NCBI GenBank assembly: GCA_963822445.1
Contig: CAWGHO010000001.1
Span: forward strand, 448,001 to 512,000
Direction: 5' to 3'
DNA: 64,000 nucleotides
Origin: an uncultured Acidobacteriota bacterium
GTDB lineage: Bacteria; Acidobacteriota; Thermoanaerobaculia; Gp7-AA8
The notes under the pieces are model-generated. The model saw only the letters and a program-made list of their open reading frames with translations, was not told where the DNA came from and did not search any database. Made by a program: the position numbers and the translations under genes. This document shows positions 9,766 through 20,006 of this stretch, piece by piece (position 1 is the first letter of the stretch; every line of letters begins with the position of its first letter).

Positions 9766-12700
9766 TGTGCGCAGCCTTGATCGTCGTGCTCCCCGCGACC
9801 GGGCTCGGATCGGTGTAGCTGATCGCGGGCAGACCGATGGCCGCGCGCGCGGCATTCAAGTGCGTGCGCAGCTCGATGAGGTGTGAGAGCCGGATCGTCG
9901 CGCCCGTCGTCACCGCACTGAACGTAAAGGCCGACAGATTCCCGGCGGCGCGCATGGCATTGACCGCGGTCTGCAGTTCGGTGATGTGCACCGCCTTCGC
10001 GATGACTCCCGTAAGCGACGCGTCAGTGAAGACGAGCGTGGTCGCCGCGTCTGTCGCCGAGAGCGTCGATTCCGACCCCGACGCTACCGCGCTGACCTTG
10101 TACAGATAGGTCGTGTTCGCGCTCCGGCCGCCATCGTTGAACACCGTGGCGGCGACTTCGCCGATCGGCGCGAATACCCCCGACACCGACGTCGCGCGAT
10201 AGACGCGGTATGACGCAGCCCCGCTGACGGTCGACCAGCTCACGGTGACAGACGACGTGCCCGTAGCCGTTGCCGCGATGAACGGCGGCGGTCCGAACGA
10301 CGCCGGGTTCACGGTCTGCGTCAACGTCGACGACGTGCTGCCGTTGAAGTTGACGTTGCCGCCGTATTCGGCGGTGACCGAGTGCGAGCCCGTGCTCAGC
10401 GAGGACGTCGTGAACGTCGCGACGCCGCCGGAGATCGTGCCCGAGCCGATCGTCGTCGAGCCGTCCTTGAACGTGACCGTGCCACTGATCGTGCCGGAGG
10501 TTGCCGACGACACCGTCGCGGTGAACGTCACGCTCTGGCCGCTCGTCGACGGATTCTGCGAGGAGACGACCGACGTGGTGGTGTCGCCCTTCGCCGCGGT
10601 GAAGACGACCGATGCGTTGTCGAGGATGTTCGCCCCGTTGACCGTGCCGGTGATCGTGGCCGTCCCGGCGGAGGTCGACGACAGCGTGGCCGTGTAGGTG
10701 CCGTCGAGATTGTCGGTGATGGCGCTGAGCGTGCCGACCGTGGTCGCGAGCGTGACCGTGTCGCCGCCGTAGTTCATGGCGAAATTGCCGCTGTCCCTGA
10801 CTTCCACGGTGATCGCCGTCGATTCACTGGTGTCCAGCGACGTGTCCGCCGCGGTGATCTGACTGAGCCCGGCCGACGCGAGCTGGTTGCCCGCGGAAAA
10901 CCAGAGGTCACCGTGCGGAGGAATGTCCGTCGCGGAAATGGACTGTTCCGCCGGGGTCGCGGCCGTGTCGATCCACGCGTTTCCATGACGCGCGCGCAGA
11001 ACGAATTGCAACGGAACGGCGCCGGCGTCAGGCAGGAAGAAGAACGTGGCCTGCACGTCATAGCTGCTGTGCGTGAGGGTGTGAGTGCTGCGCCAGTAGA
11101 CGTTGGCGTCGCGGTTCGAATTGATTCCTGAGCCCGCGCCGCGCACGCCGAACGACGCTGCCGTGTGCGCCGAGAACTGCACCTCGCCAGGCGCGGTGAC
11201 GCCGTGATACGTCACGGTGACCGGCGCCGCGCCGGTCGCGAGTCCGACCGGGAAAAGATACGAGCCCGTTCCCGTCGCGATCCAGCGGCTGAATCCTTCT
11301 CCCTCGATCCAGCCGTCGGTACGCACGACGGCGGATGGAGACGTGTTCGTGACCTCGAGTTCGCCCACACCGCTCGGGGACACGGTCACCTTGCCGGCCT
11401 GCAGGTGCAGCGTGCCCGACACCCTGGCCGTAGTGTTCGGCGCGATCGAAGCGCCAGCGCCGTTGTTGATGGTCAGGTTGAAGTAGTCGAGTGTGTCGAT
11501 CGACTGCGCCGCGCTTCCTTCGAAGTGCACGGTCAGATTGGTGAGGGTCTTCGCGCCGTTGTACTGGCTGGCGAATGAATTGGAGGTGGCGATGCCGGTG
11601 ACGTAGGCCGTGCCCGTTCCGGTCAGCGCTCCGGTGATGACCGCATCCGCCACCGGAACGAACGTGCCATCGACGTTGATCGACGTCGCGCTGAAACTGT
11701 TGAACGCGGTGACTGTTGCGCCAGACGGAATCGACAACTGCGCGAACTGCAGCGTGCCGGCGTTGGCGATCGACGAGTGCACGGTGACGAGATCGATGAG
11801 GTTGAATGTCGAACCCGGCCCGACCATCAATGCGTTGAAGACCGTGATCTGCCCGCTCGACACCGAGCTCGCGCCGGTGATGCTGAGGTTGTAGTAGCTC
11901 AGCGCGGGCACGACCTGCGTGGGTCCGGAGAACTGCAGCGTGCCGAGGCCGCGGATGAAGAGGAGACTGGCGGCGTTGAAGTGGCCGGAGATGTCGAGCG
12001 TTCCGCCGCCGGTCATGGTGATCGCTCCGTTCCCAGCGGCGCTGGTTACGCGTAACGGCGTTGAATGGTTGGCCGTCCACTGCAACGTGCCGCCGGCGGC
12101 GACGGTCATCGCGCCGTAGCGGTGCGTGACCCCGCTGTTGTCGAAGGTGCAGGTGCCCTCGATGCGGAAGTTCTCGCCAGCACCAGGAAGAGTGTTGTTG
12201 CTCCAGCGCGCGCTGTCGGTGAAGTTGCCGGTGCCGGTGAAGACGTGCGTGCTGACCGTCACCGGCACCGCGGCGCTCGTGCTGCCGTCGTTGAAGTCGT
12301 CTCCGCTGTACGTCGCGGTGATCAAGTGGGATCCATCGGTGGAGAACGTCGTCGAGCACTGGGCCCGATCGTTCTCGACCGGTCTCGCATCGCAGCCGGT
12401 GATCGGCGAACCGTTGTCGAAGAATGCGACGGTGCCCGTGGCCGAATAGCCATCCGCGATCGTCGCGGTGAGCGTCACGTCCTGACCGCTCCAGGGCGTG
12501 TCGTCGGAGATCTGCACCGTGGTGATCGTCGTGTTGCGAGCGACCGCAGTGACGACATCCGACGGCTCGGACGTTCCATCGCCGGGATTCGAGCAGCTGG
12601 CGTCCTGATACGCGGTGGCCATCAGCAGGAACTCGTCGCCGGGGTCGTACTCACCGGACAGCGTCCAGTTCGTGGTCATGGAGTTGCCGCTGAAGCAGGG

Positions 12701-14395
12701 CGAGGCCGCGAGATGGACTTTCGGTCCGGAGACGTTCGCGTAGAGATCGAGCTGCAGGCTTTGCGTCGTAGCGAGGACGTTGCTCGAGGTGGTACTGAAG
12801 CGGATCAGCAGCGAGTCGCCGTCAGCCACCGCGCGGATGACCGTCGGCGCCGGCTGCCCGCCGGTGACGTCGACGGCGTTGTCGAAGATCGAGTTTCCGC
12901 GGATGACGTTGCCGGGGCCGACGCCGATCGCGCCGCCGGTGTTGTTGGCGATGACGTTCGGCGCGGTGAGGCTGCCGATGGTCGCGTACTTCACACCGGT
13001 GATCCCCGCTCCCCCGTTTCCGAGTGCCGCGTCGGTCGTCGCCGCGACGCCGATGCGGTTGCCGAGGATGGTCACGCCCGTGGAAAACGTGTCGCCGGCG
13101 ATGGCGGGTCCGGTGTTGCCGCTGATGACGTTGCCCTCACCTGACTCGCCACCGATCACGATGCCCGGCGCATCGCCGAAGGCAATGCCCGTGTTGTTGC
13201 CCGCGGCGATCGCTCCGCTGGCGTCGACGCCGAGGTAGTTGTTCTGGATGACCGTGCCGGTGGCGTTGGTGACGTTGATGGCGGTGTCGTTGCCGTTGAT
13301 CAGGTTGCGATCGGCATCGGACGGACCGCCGACCACGCAGGCCTGGCATCCATCGATGTTGACGCCGATGAGGTTGGCGATGCTCGTGCCGATCTGGTTC
13401 GCGGCCACGGTGTTCGCCGAGCCGTCATCGATCCTGATCGCGCTCTGGAAATCCTGCAGCGACAGGCCGCGCACGATGGCGTTCCTCACGTCCACGAGGT
13501 GCAGGCCGGTCATGCCGGCGACTCCGTCGAGGACGGGCATGGCCGTGTCGGTCGTGCCGTCGATGGTGACCGTGCGAGTGATGTCCGGCAGTGCCGAGAG
13601 CATTTGGACGGTGCCGCCGGCGAGGCCGAAGGTGATGAAGCGCTTCGCCGAGTCCGCGTCGGCGCTGGACAGGGTGATGGCGTTGCGCAACGTGTTCGTG
13701 CCCGAGTCGGCGGTGTCGGTGACCCGGAAGTTGAGATGGCGGACGGAAAAGGGATTGGTCGACTCTGCCGCGGTCATATTCGCCACCGACCAGAAGTAAT
13801 GAAGCGTCGTTGCGGCCGCGGGGATCGCGGGAGGCGTGGCGTTGCTCAGCGACGTCGTCAGGCCGGCAGCACTGAGCTGATATCCCAGCCAGTTGAAGGC
13901 AGCCGGCCGGCCGGAAAGGCCGGGGATGCCATCCCAGCGGATCCGCAGCTCGATCGCATTCGTGCCGGCCCAGCCCGTCCAGTCGCCGCCGTCCCCCTCC
14001 ATCCAGTCCCCGGCGCCGTCGCGAATCATGAGCGAGCTGGCGCCGCCGCCGAGGAGGAGCCGCGCATCGCCACGGAAGGGCAAGGTCACGCCGAAGCCCG
14101 TGCCTCCGCAGCAGACCTCCGAGGGGCCGGCGACATTGCCGTTCGCGGCCGTGCCACCAGTCGGCGTCGACGGCAGCGGATCGGTGTCGAGCTGCACGGA
14201 GATCGCAGTGCTCGACGCGGCGTTGATCTTCGCGACGTAAAGGTAGGTGTCGTCCCACGCCATCGACCAGTCGCCGCTGGCGTACGTGTACTCGCCGGAG
14301 TCGACAGTTCCATTGATGACGGGCTGTGCAGCCGCGGTCAGTCCGGCCAGGGCCAGCAGACAGGTGTAGAACGCGCGGAGACGCCAGACGTGCAT
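9737..14395 (-). CDS. Large secreted surface protein (CBM9/DOMON-like N-terminus, parallel beta-helix, Ig-like domains, FN3, C-terminal HITELR-repeat domain)
   Basis: Signal peptide; AWDDTYLYVA; VTDTADSGTNTLRNAI; GNVISGN beta-helix repeats; VTFTATV/GTVTFKDG/YGGNVNF Ig-like; VSWSTVSGAASYRVYR FN3. Confidence 0.85.
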   Translation of the reverse strand: MHVWRLRAFYTCLLALAGLTAAAQPVINGTVDSGEYTYASGDWSMAWDDTYLYVAKINAASSTAISVQLDTDPLPSTPTGGTAANGNVAGPSEVCCGGTGFGVTLPFRGDARLLLGGGASSLMIRDGAGDWMEGDGGDWTGWAGTNAIELRIRWDGIPGLSGRPAAFNWLGYQLSAAGLTTSLSNATPPAIPAAATTLHYFWSVANMTAAESTNPFSVRHLNFRVTDTADSGTNTLRNAITLSSADADSAKRFITFGLAGGTVQMLSALPDITRTVTIDGTTDTAMPVLDGVAGMTGLHLVDVRNAIVRGLSLQDFQSAIRIDDGSANTVAANQIGTSIANLIGVNIDGCQACVVGGPSDADRNLINGNDTAINVTNATGTVIQNNYLGVDASGAIAAGNNTGIAFGDAPGIVIGGESGEGNVISGNTGPAIAGDTFSTGVTILGNRIGVAATTDAALGNGGAGITGVKYATIGSLTAPNVIANNTGGAIGVGPGNVIRGNSIFDNAVDVTGGQPAPTVIRAVADGDSLLIRFSTTSSNVLATTQSLQLDLYANVSGPKVHLAASPCFSGNSMTTNWTLSGEYDPGDEFLLMATAYQDASCSNPGDGTSEPSDVVTAVARNTTITTVQISDDTPWSGQDVTLTATIADGYSATGTVAFFDNGSPITGCDARPVENDRAQCSTTFSTDGSHLITATYSGDDFNDGSTSAAVPVTVSTHVFTGTGNFTDSARWSNNTLPGAGENFRIEGTCTFDNSGVTHRYGAMTVAAGGTLQWTANHSTPLRVTSAAGNGAITMTGGGTLDISGHFNAASLLFIRGLGTLQFSGPTQVVPALSYYNLSITGASSVSSGQITVFNALMVGPGSTFNLIDLVTVHSSIANAGTLQFAQLSIPSGATVTAFNSFSATSINVDGTFVPVADAVITGALTGTGTAYVTGIATSNSFASQYNGAKTLTNLTVHFEGSAAQSIDTLDYFNLTINNGAGASIAPNTTARVSGTLHLQAGKVTVSPSGVGELEVTNTSPSAVVRTDGWIEGEGFSRWIATGTGSYLFPVGLATGAAPVTVTYHGVTAPGEVQFSAHTAASFGVRGAGSGINSNRDANVYWRSTHTLTHSSYDVQATFFFLPDAGAVPLQFVLRARHGNAWIDTAATPAEQSISATDIPPHGDLWFSAGNQLASAGLSQITAADTSLDTSESTAITVEVRDSGNFAMNYGGDTVTLATTVGTLSAITDNLDGTYTATLSSTSAGTATITGTVNGANILDNASVVFTAAKGDTTTSVVSSQNPSTSGQSVTFTATVSSATSGTISGTVTFKDGSTTIGSGTISGGVATFTTSSLSTGSHSVTAEYGGNVNFNGSTSSTLTQTVNPASFGPPPFIAATATGTSSVTVSWSTVSGAASYRVYRATSVSGVFAPIGEVAATVFNDGGRSANTTYLYKVSAVASGSESTLSATDAATTLVFTDASLTGVIAKAVHITELQTAVNAMRAAGNLSAFTFSAVTTGATIRLSHLIELRTHLNAARAAIGLPAISYTDPSPVAGSTTIKAAHITELRAGTQ

Positions 14396-14535
14396 CGGTA
14401 GAACTCGCTTTCTTCGGGGGTTTGTCGGAACGACGGATGAGCAAAAACGCGTGAGGTCGCGCAAGAAATCCAGCGACAACCCCGTCACGGCCTTGTTGCA
14501 AACGCGGCCGCTGACGCCATGCGATCATTCGCGCC

Positions 14536-15057
14536 ATGCGCAAACTGACCACGGTCGCTCTCTCGATTCTCGTCCTCTTCGCCTTTGCCGCTACGGCTGA
14601 CCACGACACGGCCAAGAAGCCGCTCAGCCCGCCGCAGGAAGTGAAGTACTCCGTCGGCACCAACAAGAACGTCACCATCAACTACAGCGCGCCGTCGAAG
14701 CGCGGCCGCGCGGTCATGGGCGCGCTCGTGCCGTACGGCAAGGTCTGGCGCACCGGCGCGAACGCCGCGACGACGCTCACCACCACCACCGACCTGATGA
14801 TCGGCAGCCTGCACGTCCCGGCCGGCAAGTACACGCTCTTCACGATTCCCGGCGAGAAGGAATGGACGCTGATCGTGAACAAGCAGACCGGCCAGTGGGG
14901 CACGAATTACGACGAGAAGCAGGACCTCGGCCGCGTGAAGATGACCGTCACGCCGCTGAAGACTCCCGCCGAGCAGTTCGGCATCGGCATCAACGCCAAA
15001 GCCCTGACCATGTCCTGGGAGAACACGCAGGTCAGCGTGCCGGTGATGGTGCATTGA
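14536..15057 (+). CDS. DUF2911 family exported protein
   Basis: YSAPSKRGR, LVPYGKVWRTGANAAT, GKYTLFTIP, QWGT. Confidence 0.9.
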   Translation: MRKLTTVALSILVLFAFAATADHDTAKKPLSPPQEVKYSVGTNKNVTINYSAPSKRGRAVMGALVPYGKVWRTGANAATTLTTTTDLMIGSLHVPAGKYTLFTIPGEKEWTLIVNKQTGQWGTNYDEKQDLGRVKMTVTPLKTPAEQFGIGINAKALTMSWENTQVSVPVMVH

Positions 15058-16121
15058 AACGCGCGCTGATCGCGCTGCTCTCGCTCCTCGCCTTCCCCGT
15101 CTTCGCCCAGGAGACGATGTCGTTCGAGGAGTACGACCCGAAGTCGACCCTCGTCGTTCCGGAGCATCCGCGAACGCGCGCAAAGTTCCCGTTCATCGAC
15201 GTCCACAACCATCAGCGGAACGCGACCGACGTGGCGAAGCTCGTCGCGGACATGGATCGCATCAACATGGCCGTGATGGTGAACCTGAGCGGCGGGAGCG
15301 GCGACACGCTGGCAGCAGGTCTGGCGAAGCTGAAGTCGCCGCGGTTCATGACCTTCGCGAACGTCGATCTCCGCGCGATCGATGAACCGGACTTCGGCGC
15401 GAAGGCAGCGGCGCAACTCGAAGCGGACGTGAAGAACGGCGCGGCCGGGCTGAAAATCTTCAAGAACCTGGGGATGTCGCTCACCGACAAGTCGGGCAAG
15501 CGCGTTCGCACCGACGATCCGCGCCTCGATCCGATCTGGAAGAAGGCCGGCGAGCTGGGGATCCCGGTGCTGATTCACACCGGCGAGCCGGTGGCGTTCT
15601 GGTCGCCGGTCGACAAGCACAACGAGCGCTGGCTGGAGCTGCAGCAGTTCCCCGATCGCCGCCGCACCGATCCGAAGTTCGCGTCGTTCGAAGAGACGAT
15701 GACCGAGCAGCACAACGTCTTCCGCAAGCATTCGAAGACGAAGTTCATCAACGCCCACCTCGGATGGCTCGGCCACGACCTGACCCGCCTCGGCAAACTG
15801 ATGGACGAGCTGCCGAACATGTACACGGAGATCGGCGCGGTGCTCCACGAGCTGGGGCGGCAGCCCCGCGCCGCGCGCGCGTTCCTGATCAAGTACCAGG
15901 ACCGCGTGCTGTTCGGCAAAGACATCTGGAATCCGGAGGAGTACGCGACGTACTTTCGCGGGCTCGAGACCGAGGACGAGTACTTCGATTACTTCCGCAA
16001 GCGCCACGCCTTCTGGAAAATGTACGGCCTCGGCCTGCCGGACGACGTCCTGAAGAAGATCTACTACAAGAACGCGCTGCGGATCATCCCCGGGATCGAC
16101 AGGAGCAGATTTCCGCAGTAG
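15054..16121 (+). CDS. Exported amidohydrolase (Amidohydro_2)
   Basis: IDVHNH metal motif, LKIFK, PVLIH, NAHLG, DRVLFGKD. Confidence 0.88.
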   Translation: MKRALIALLSLLAFPVFAQETMSFEEYDPKSTLVVPEHPRTRAKFPFIDVHNHQRNATDVAKLVADMDRINMAVMVNLSGGSGDTLAAGLAKLKSPRFMTFANVDLRAIDEPDFGAKAAAQLEADVKNGAAGLKIFKNLGMSLTDKSGKRVRTDDPRLDPIWKKAGELGIPVLIHTGEPVAFWSPVDKHNERWLELQQFPDRRRTDPKFASFEETMTEQHNVFRKHSKTKFINAHLGWLGHDLTRLGKLMDELPNMYTEIGAVLHELGRQPRAARAFLIKYQDRVLFGKDIWNPEEYATYFRGLETEDEYFDYFRKRHAFWKMYGLGLPDDVLKKIYYKNALRIIPGIDRSRFPQ

Positions 16122-16246
16122 AGCCTGGCCCGATCCGTGCTATACGCCTCACGAATCGTTTACTGAACAGAGAAGGGATGTGATCGGGCAACCAGCGCTG
16201 CATAGCCGAACTTTCCGAGCTGTATGACTTAAGGAGAGATTTTCAA

Positions 16247-16501
16247 ATGAAGAAGTTCATCACGTTGCTGTGCGCAGTTCTTCTCGTCACGGTCGTTGCC
16301 TGCAAGAAGGATGAGGTCGAGTCGACCGACACCGTCACCACGGACACCGTGGCCACGGACACCGCCACGGTGACCACCGAGACCACTTCCACGACGACCA
16401 TCTCGTCCGAGACCGACACGTCGGTCCAGACGAGCACCGACGCGACTGCCGGTACGACCGACACGTCTGCCACGGGCACCGTTTCCACCACCACCACCTA
16501 A
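16247..16501 (+). CDS. Small Thr-rich lipoprotein
   Basis: AAGGAG RBS, lipobox VVAC, T/D/S-rich tail. Confidence 0.8.
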   Translation: MKKFITLLCAVLLVTVVACKKDEVESTDTVTTDTVATDTATVTTETTSTTTISSETDTSVQTSTDATAGTTDTSATGTVSTTTT

Positions 16502-16511
16502 CCGTTCCGCA

Positions 16512-16542
16512 ACGCTCTCCCCGCTCCGGCGGGGAGAGCGTC
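16512..16542. terminator. GC-rich hairpin, probable terminator/stabiliser
   Basis: ACGCTCTCCCCGC-TCCG-GCGGGGAGAGCGT right after the lipoprotein stop; no strong U-tract. Confidence 0.55.
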
Positions 16543-16549
16543 ATTTAGA

Positions 16550-19500
16550 ATGCGCCGACCTATGAGCGCATCGAGACCGGCGGCCCTCCTCCTCTCGCTC
16601 CTCCTCACCACCACAGTCCCCGCTCAAACAACGGGCCAGATCGATCCCGAGCTCCTCGCCGGGATGAAGGCCCGCACCATCGGGCCCGCGGCGATGAGCG
16701 GCCGCATCGCGGCGATCGACGTCGTCGAGTCGAACACCGACATCGTGTACGTCGGCGCGGCCACGGGCGGCGTCTGGAAATCGATGAACGGCGGATTGAG
16801 CTTCGCGCCGCTCTTCGACGATCAACCGGTCGCGGCGATCGGCGCGTTGAAGATCTTCCAGCCCAGTCCGGAGATCGTCTGGGTCGGCACGGGCGAAGGC
16901 AATCCGCGCAACTCCATGTCCGTCGGCAACGGCGTCTACAAATCCGTCGACGGCGGCAAGACCTGGCAGCACCTCGGCCTCGAGAAAACCGAGCGCATTC
17001 ACCGCATCGTCCTCCATCCGCGCGATCCCAACGTCGCTTGGGTCGCGGCGATGGGCCAGGCCTGGGGACAGAACGCCGACCGCGGCGTCTTCAAGACAAC
17101 GGACGGCGGCAGGACGTGGACGAAAGTCCTCTACGTCAACGAGCGCACCGGCGCGGCCGATCTGGTGATCGATCCCGTCAATCCGAACAAGCTCTTCGCG
17201 GCGATGTGGGAGTACCGCCGCTGGCCCTGGTTCTTCAACTCCGGCGGCCCAGGCTCCGGCCTGCACGTCTCGTACGACGGCGGCGCGACCTGGAAGAAAT
17301 TCACGGAAGAAGACGGGATGCCGAAAGGCGACCTCGGACGGATCGGCATCGCCATCGCCCGCTCGAATCCGAGCATCGTTTACGCCCTCGTCGAAGCCGA
17401 GAAGAGCGCGTTGCTTCGCTCCGATGACGGCGGCCGGAAGTGGACGGCCGTCAACACCGAGTACAACGTCGCCAGCCGCCCCTTCTACTACGCCGAGATC
17501 CACGTCGATACCGAGGATCCGAATCGCGTTTACAACCTGTATTCGCTCGTGTCACTGTCGACGGATGCAGGGAAGAGCTTCAAAACCCTGGTTCCCTTCG
17601 CCAAGGTCCATCCCGACTATCACGCTATGTGGATCAACCCCAGCGACGCGTCGCACATCTTCGTCGGCAACGACGGCGGCGTCGCGGAGAGCGAGGACCG
17701 CGGCAACAGCTGGCGCTTCGTGGCCACGCTGCCGCTCGCGCAGTACTACCACGTCGCCGTCGACAACGAGACGCCGTACAACGTCTACGGCGGCATGCAG
17801 GACAACGGCTCGTGGAAAGGGCCGAACACGACCTGGGAAACGACCGGCATCCGCAACTGGGACTGGCAGGAAGTGGGCTTCGGCGACGGCTTCGCCACTC
17901 TGCCGATTCCCGGCGATCCGATGACCGGATACGCGATGAGCCAGGAGGGCTACCTCGTCCGCTGGAACCTGCGCACCGGCGAGCGTAAGGACATCCGCCC
18001 GCCCGCGCCGGACGATGCGAGCGAGCTGCGCTTCAACTGGAACGCGGCCATCGCCCTGGATCCGTTCGACGCGAACACCATCTATTACGGCAGCCAGTTC
18101 GTGCACAAATCGACGAACCGCGGCGATTCCTGGACGGTGATCAGCCCGGATCTCACCAGCAACAGAAAGGAGTGGCAGCATCAGGGCCGCAGCGGCGGAC
18201 TGACGCTCGACGTCACCGGTGCCGAGAACTTCACCACGCTGATGACCATCGCCCCGAGCCCCATCGAGCGCGGCGTGATCTGGACCGGTTCGGACGACGG
18301 CCGCGTGCACGTCACGCGCGACGTCGGCGGAACCTGGACGAGTGTCGAGGCGAACATCAAAGGCGTGCCCGCGAACACGTGGGTCCCGGAGATCACCGCG
18401 TCTCGCCACGGAAACGGCACGGCCTTCATCGTGTTCGACGATCACCGCCGCTCGAACTGGACGCCGTACGTCTACCGCACCACCGATTACGGCAAGACCT
18501 GGACGTCGCTGGTTACGAAGACGATCCAGGGCTACGCGCTGTCGATCGAGCAGGATCCCGTCGATCCCGATCTCCTCTTCCTCGGCACGGAGTTCGGTCT
18601 CTGGGTGAGCAACGACGCCGGCAAGTCCTGGCTGAAGTGGACCCACGGCGTGCCGACGGTTTCGGTGATGGGGCTGGTCGTGCATCCGCGCGATCACGAT
18701 CTCGTCGTCGCCACGCACGGCCGCTCGGCGTTCGTGCTCGACGACATCCGTCCGCTGCGAACCGTGTCGAAAGAGACGCTCTCCGCGCCGCTGCATCTCT
18801 TCGAAGTGCCGGACGCGCAGTCCTACCGCACCCGCCAGAAGGAAGGCTCCCGATTCCTCGGCGACGCCGAATTCCGCGGCGAGAACGAGCCGTACGGCGC
18901 GCTCCTCACCTACTCGCTCAATCTCCCCGGCCTGCCCCATCCGACCGAAGAGAAGGAACGCGAGCGCAAGGAACAGGAGCGCGAGGCAGCGCGCAAAGTG
19001 CGCGTGCCGGAGACCGGCGTGCCGGTCGTGGTGGAGGATGTGCCGAAAGAACCGGAGGCTTCCGCGAAACCCGCGCCCAAACCGGAAACGCCTTCCGACA
19101 AACCGCCCCAGGTCGACATCGAAGTGAGCGACGCCAGCGGCAAAGTGATCCGCAAGTTCAAAGGCCCGGCGAAGCTCGGAATCAATCGCACGACCTGGGA
19201 CCTCGGCCGCGATCAGTTCAAGCGTCCCAAGAGCGACGACCCTCCGTCGGAGTTCCAGCCGCAGAGCGGACCGGAAGTGCCGCCGGGGACGTACACCGTG
19301 ACGGTGAAGTTCCGCGGCAATGAGGCGAAGCAGACCGTGCGGATTCTTCCCGATCCGCGCCATCCGATCGACGCGACCGCGCGGCAGGCAAATTACGACG
19401 CCGTCGTGCGCGCCGGAGCGCTGTACGAGGCCGTCACGAACGGCATCGAGCGCATCCGCCAGACCCGCACGGACATCGACGCCGTGCTGGCGAAACAGAA

Positions 19501-19876
19501 GAAGGACGACGATCCCGCCGCCGCTTCGACAGCGGAGAAGACACCCGACCCGATCACGAAAGCGGGCGGGGATCTGAAGAAGAAGCTCGACGCGATGGAG
19601 AAGCGCCTCTGGGTCCCGCCCAAGACGAAGGGAATCGTCGCGGAGACGGACGTCCTGAACAAGATCACCTACCCGCTGTTCTCGCTGCAGTCGTCGTGGG
19701 ACGCGCCGACCCCGTCGCAACTCGCCTACCTCGACCGGGCCGAGGCCGAACTAAGGAAGATCCTGGCGGACTACAACCGCCTCTTCGCCGAAGACGTCGC
19801 CCGCTTCCGCGAGGAAGTGAGGAAAGGGAACGTGCAGTTGTTGCCCGAGGTCGAGCCGATCGAGATCAAGAAGTAG
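16550..19876 (+). CDS. Secreted VPS10/sortilin-like BNR-repeat glycosyl hydrolase family protein
   Basis: RTIGPAAMSGRI start, many S/T-x-D-G-G-x-T-W Asp-box repeats. Confidence 0.9.
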   Translation: MRRPMSASRPAALLLSLLLTTTVPAQTTGQIDPELLAGMKARTIGPAAMSGRIAAIDVVESNTDIVYVGAATGGVWKSMNGGLSFAPLFDDQPVAAIGALKIFQPSPEIVWVGTGEGNPRNSMSVGNGVYKSVDGGKTWQHLGLEKTERIHRIVLHPRDPNVAWVAAMGQAWGQNADRGVFKTTDGGRTWTKVLYVNERTGAADLVIDPVNPNKLFAAMWEYRRWPWFFNSGGPGSGLHVSYDGGATWKKFTEEDGMPKGDLGRIGIAIARSNPSIVYALVEAEKSALLRSDDGGRKWTAVNTEYNVASRPFYYAEIHVDTEDPNRVYNLYSLVSLSTDAGKSFKTLVPFAKVHPDYHAMWINPSDASHIFVGNDGGVAESEDRGNSWRFVATLPLAQYYHVAVDNETPYNVYGGMQDNGSWKGPNTTWETTGIRNWDWQEVGFGDGFATLPIPGDPMTGYAMSQEGYLVRWNLRTGERKDIRPPAPDDASELRFNWNAAIALDPFDANTIYYGSQFVHKSTNRGDSWTVISPDLTSNRKEWQHQGRSGGLTLDVTGAENFTTLMTIAPSPIERGVIWTGSDDGRVHVTRDVGGTWTSVEANIKGVPANTWVPEITASRHGNGTAFIVFDDHRRSNWTPYVYRTTDYGKTWTSLVTKTIQGYALSIEQDPVDPDLLFLGTEFGLWVSNDAGKSWLKWTHGVPTVSVMGLVVHPRDHDLVVATHGRSAFVLDDIRPLRTVSKETLSAPLHLFEVPDAQSYRTRQKEGSRFLGDAEFRGENEPYGALLTYSLNLPGLPHPTEEKERERKEQEREAARKVRVPETGVPVVVEDVPKEPEASAKPAPKPETPSDKPPQVDIEVSDASGKVIRKFKGPAKLGINRTTWDLGRDQFKRPKSDDPPSEFQPQSGPEVPPGTYTVTVKFRGNEAKQTVRILPDPRHPIDATARQANYDAVVRAGALYEAVTNGIERIRQTRTDIDAVLAKQKKDDDPAAASTAEKTPDPITKAGGDLKKKLDAMEKRLWVPPKTKGIVAETDVLNKITYPLFSLQSSWDAPTPSQLAYLDRAEAELRKILADYNRLFAEDVARFREEVRKGNVQLLPEVEPIEIKK

Positions 19877-19949
19877 GCGGTACGGCGCTTCGCGCCTCGC
19901 GGTAGGCGGTAGGCGGTGGCCTGAAACGGTCTCCCGCCTACCGCCTACT
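19872..19949. repeat. Inverted pair of 7-mer tandem repeats (GGTAGGC / CCTACCG)
   Basis: GCGGTAGGCGGTAGGCGGT...CCGCCTACCGCCTAC. Confidence 0.65.
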
Positions 19950-20006
19950 GACTCTGTGTAACGTTTCCGCTCCCCTCGTCACTACTCCTGAAAACAGGAG
20001 GCATTC

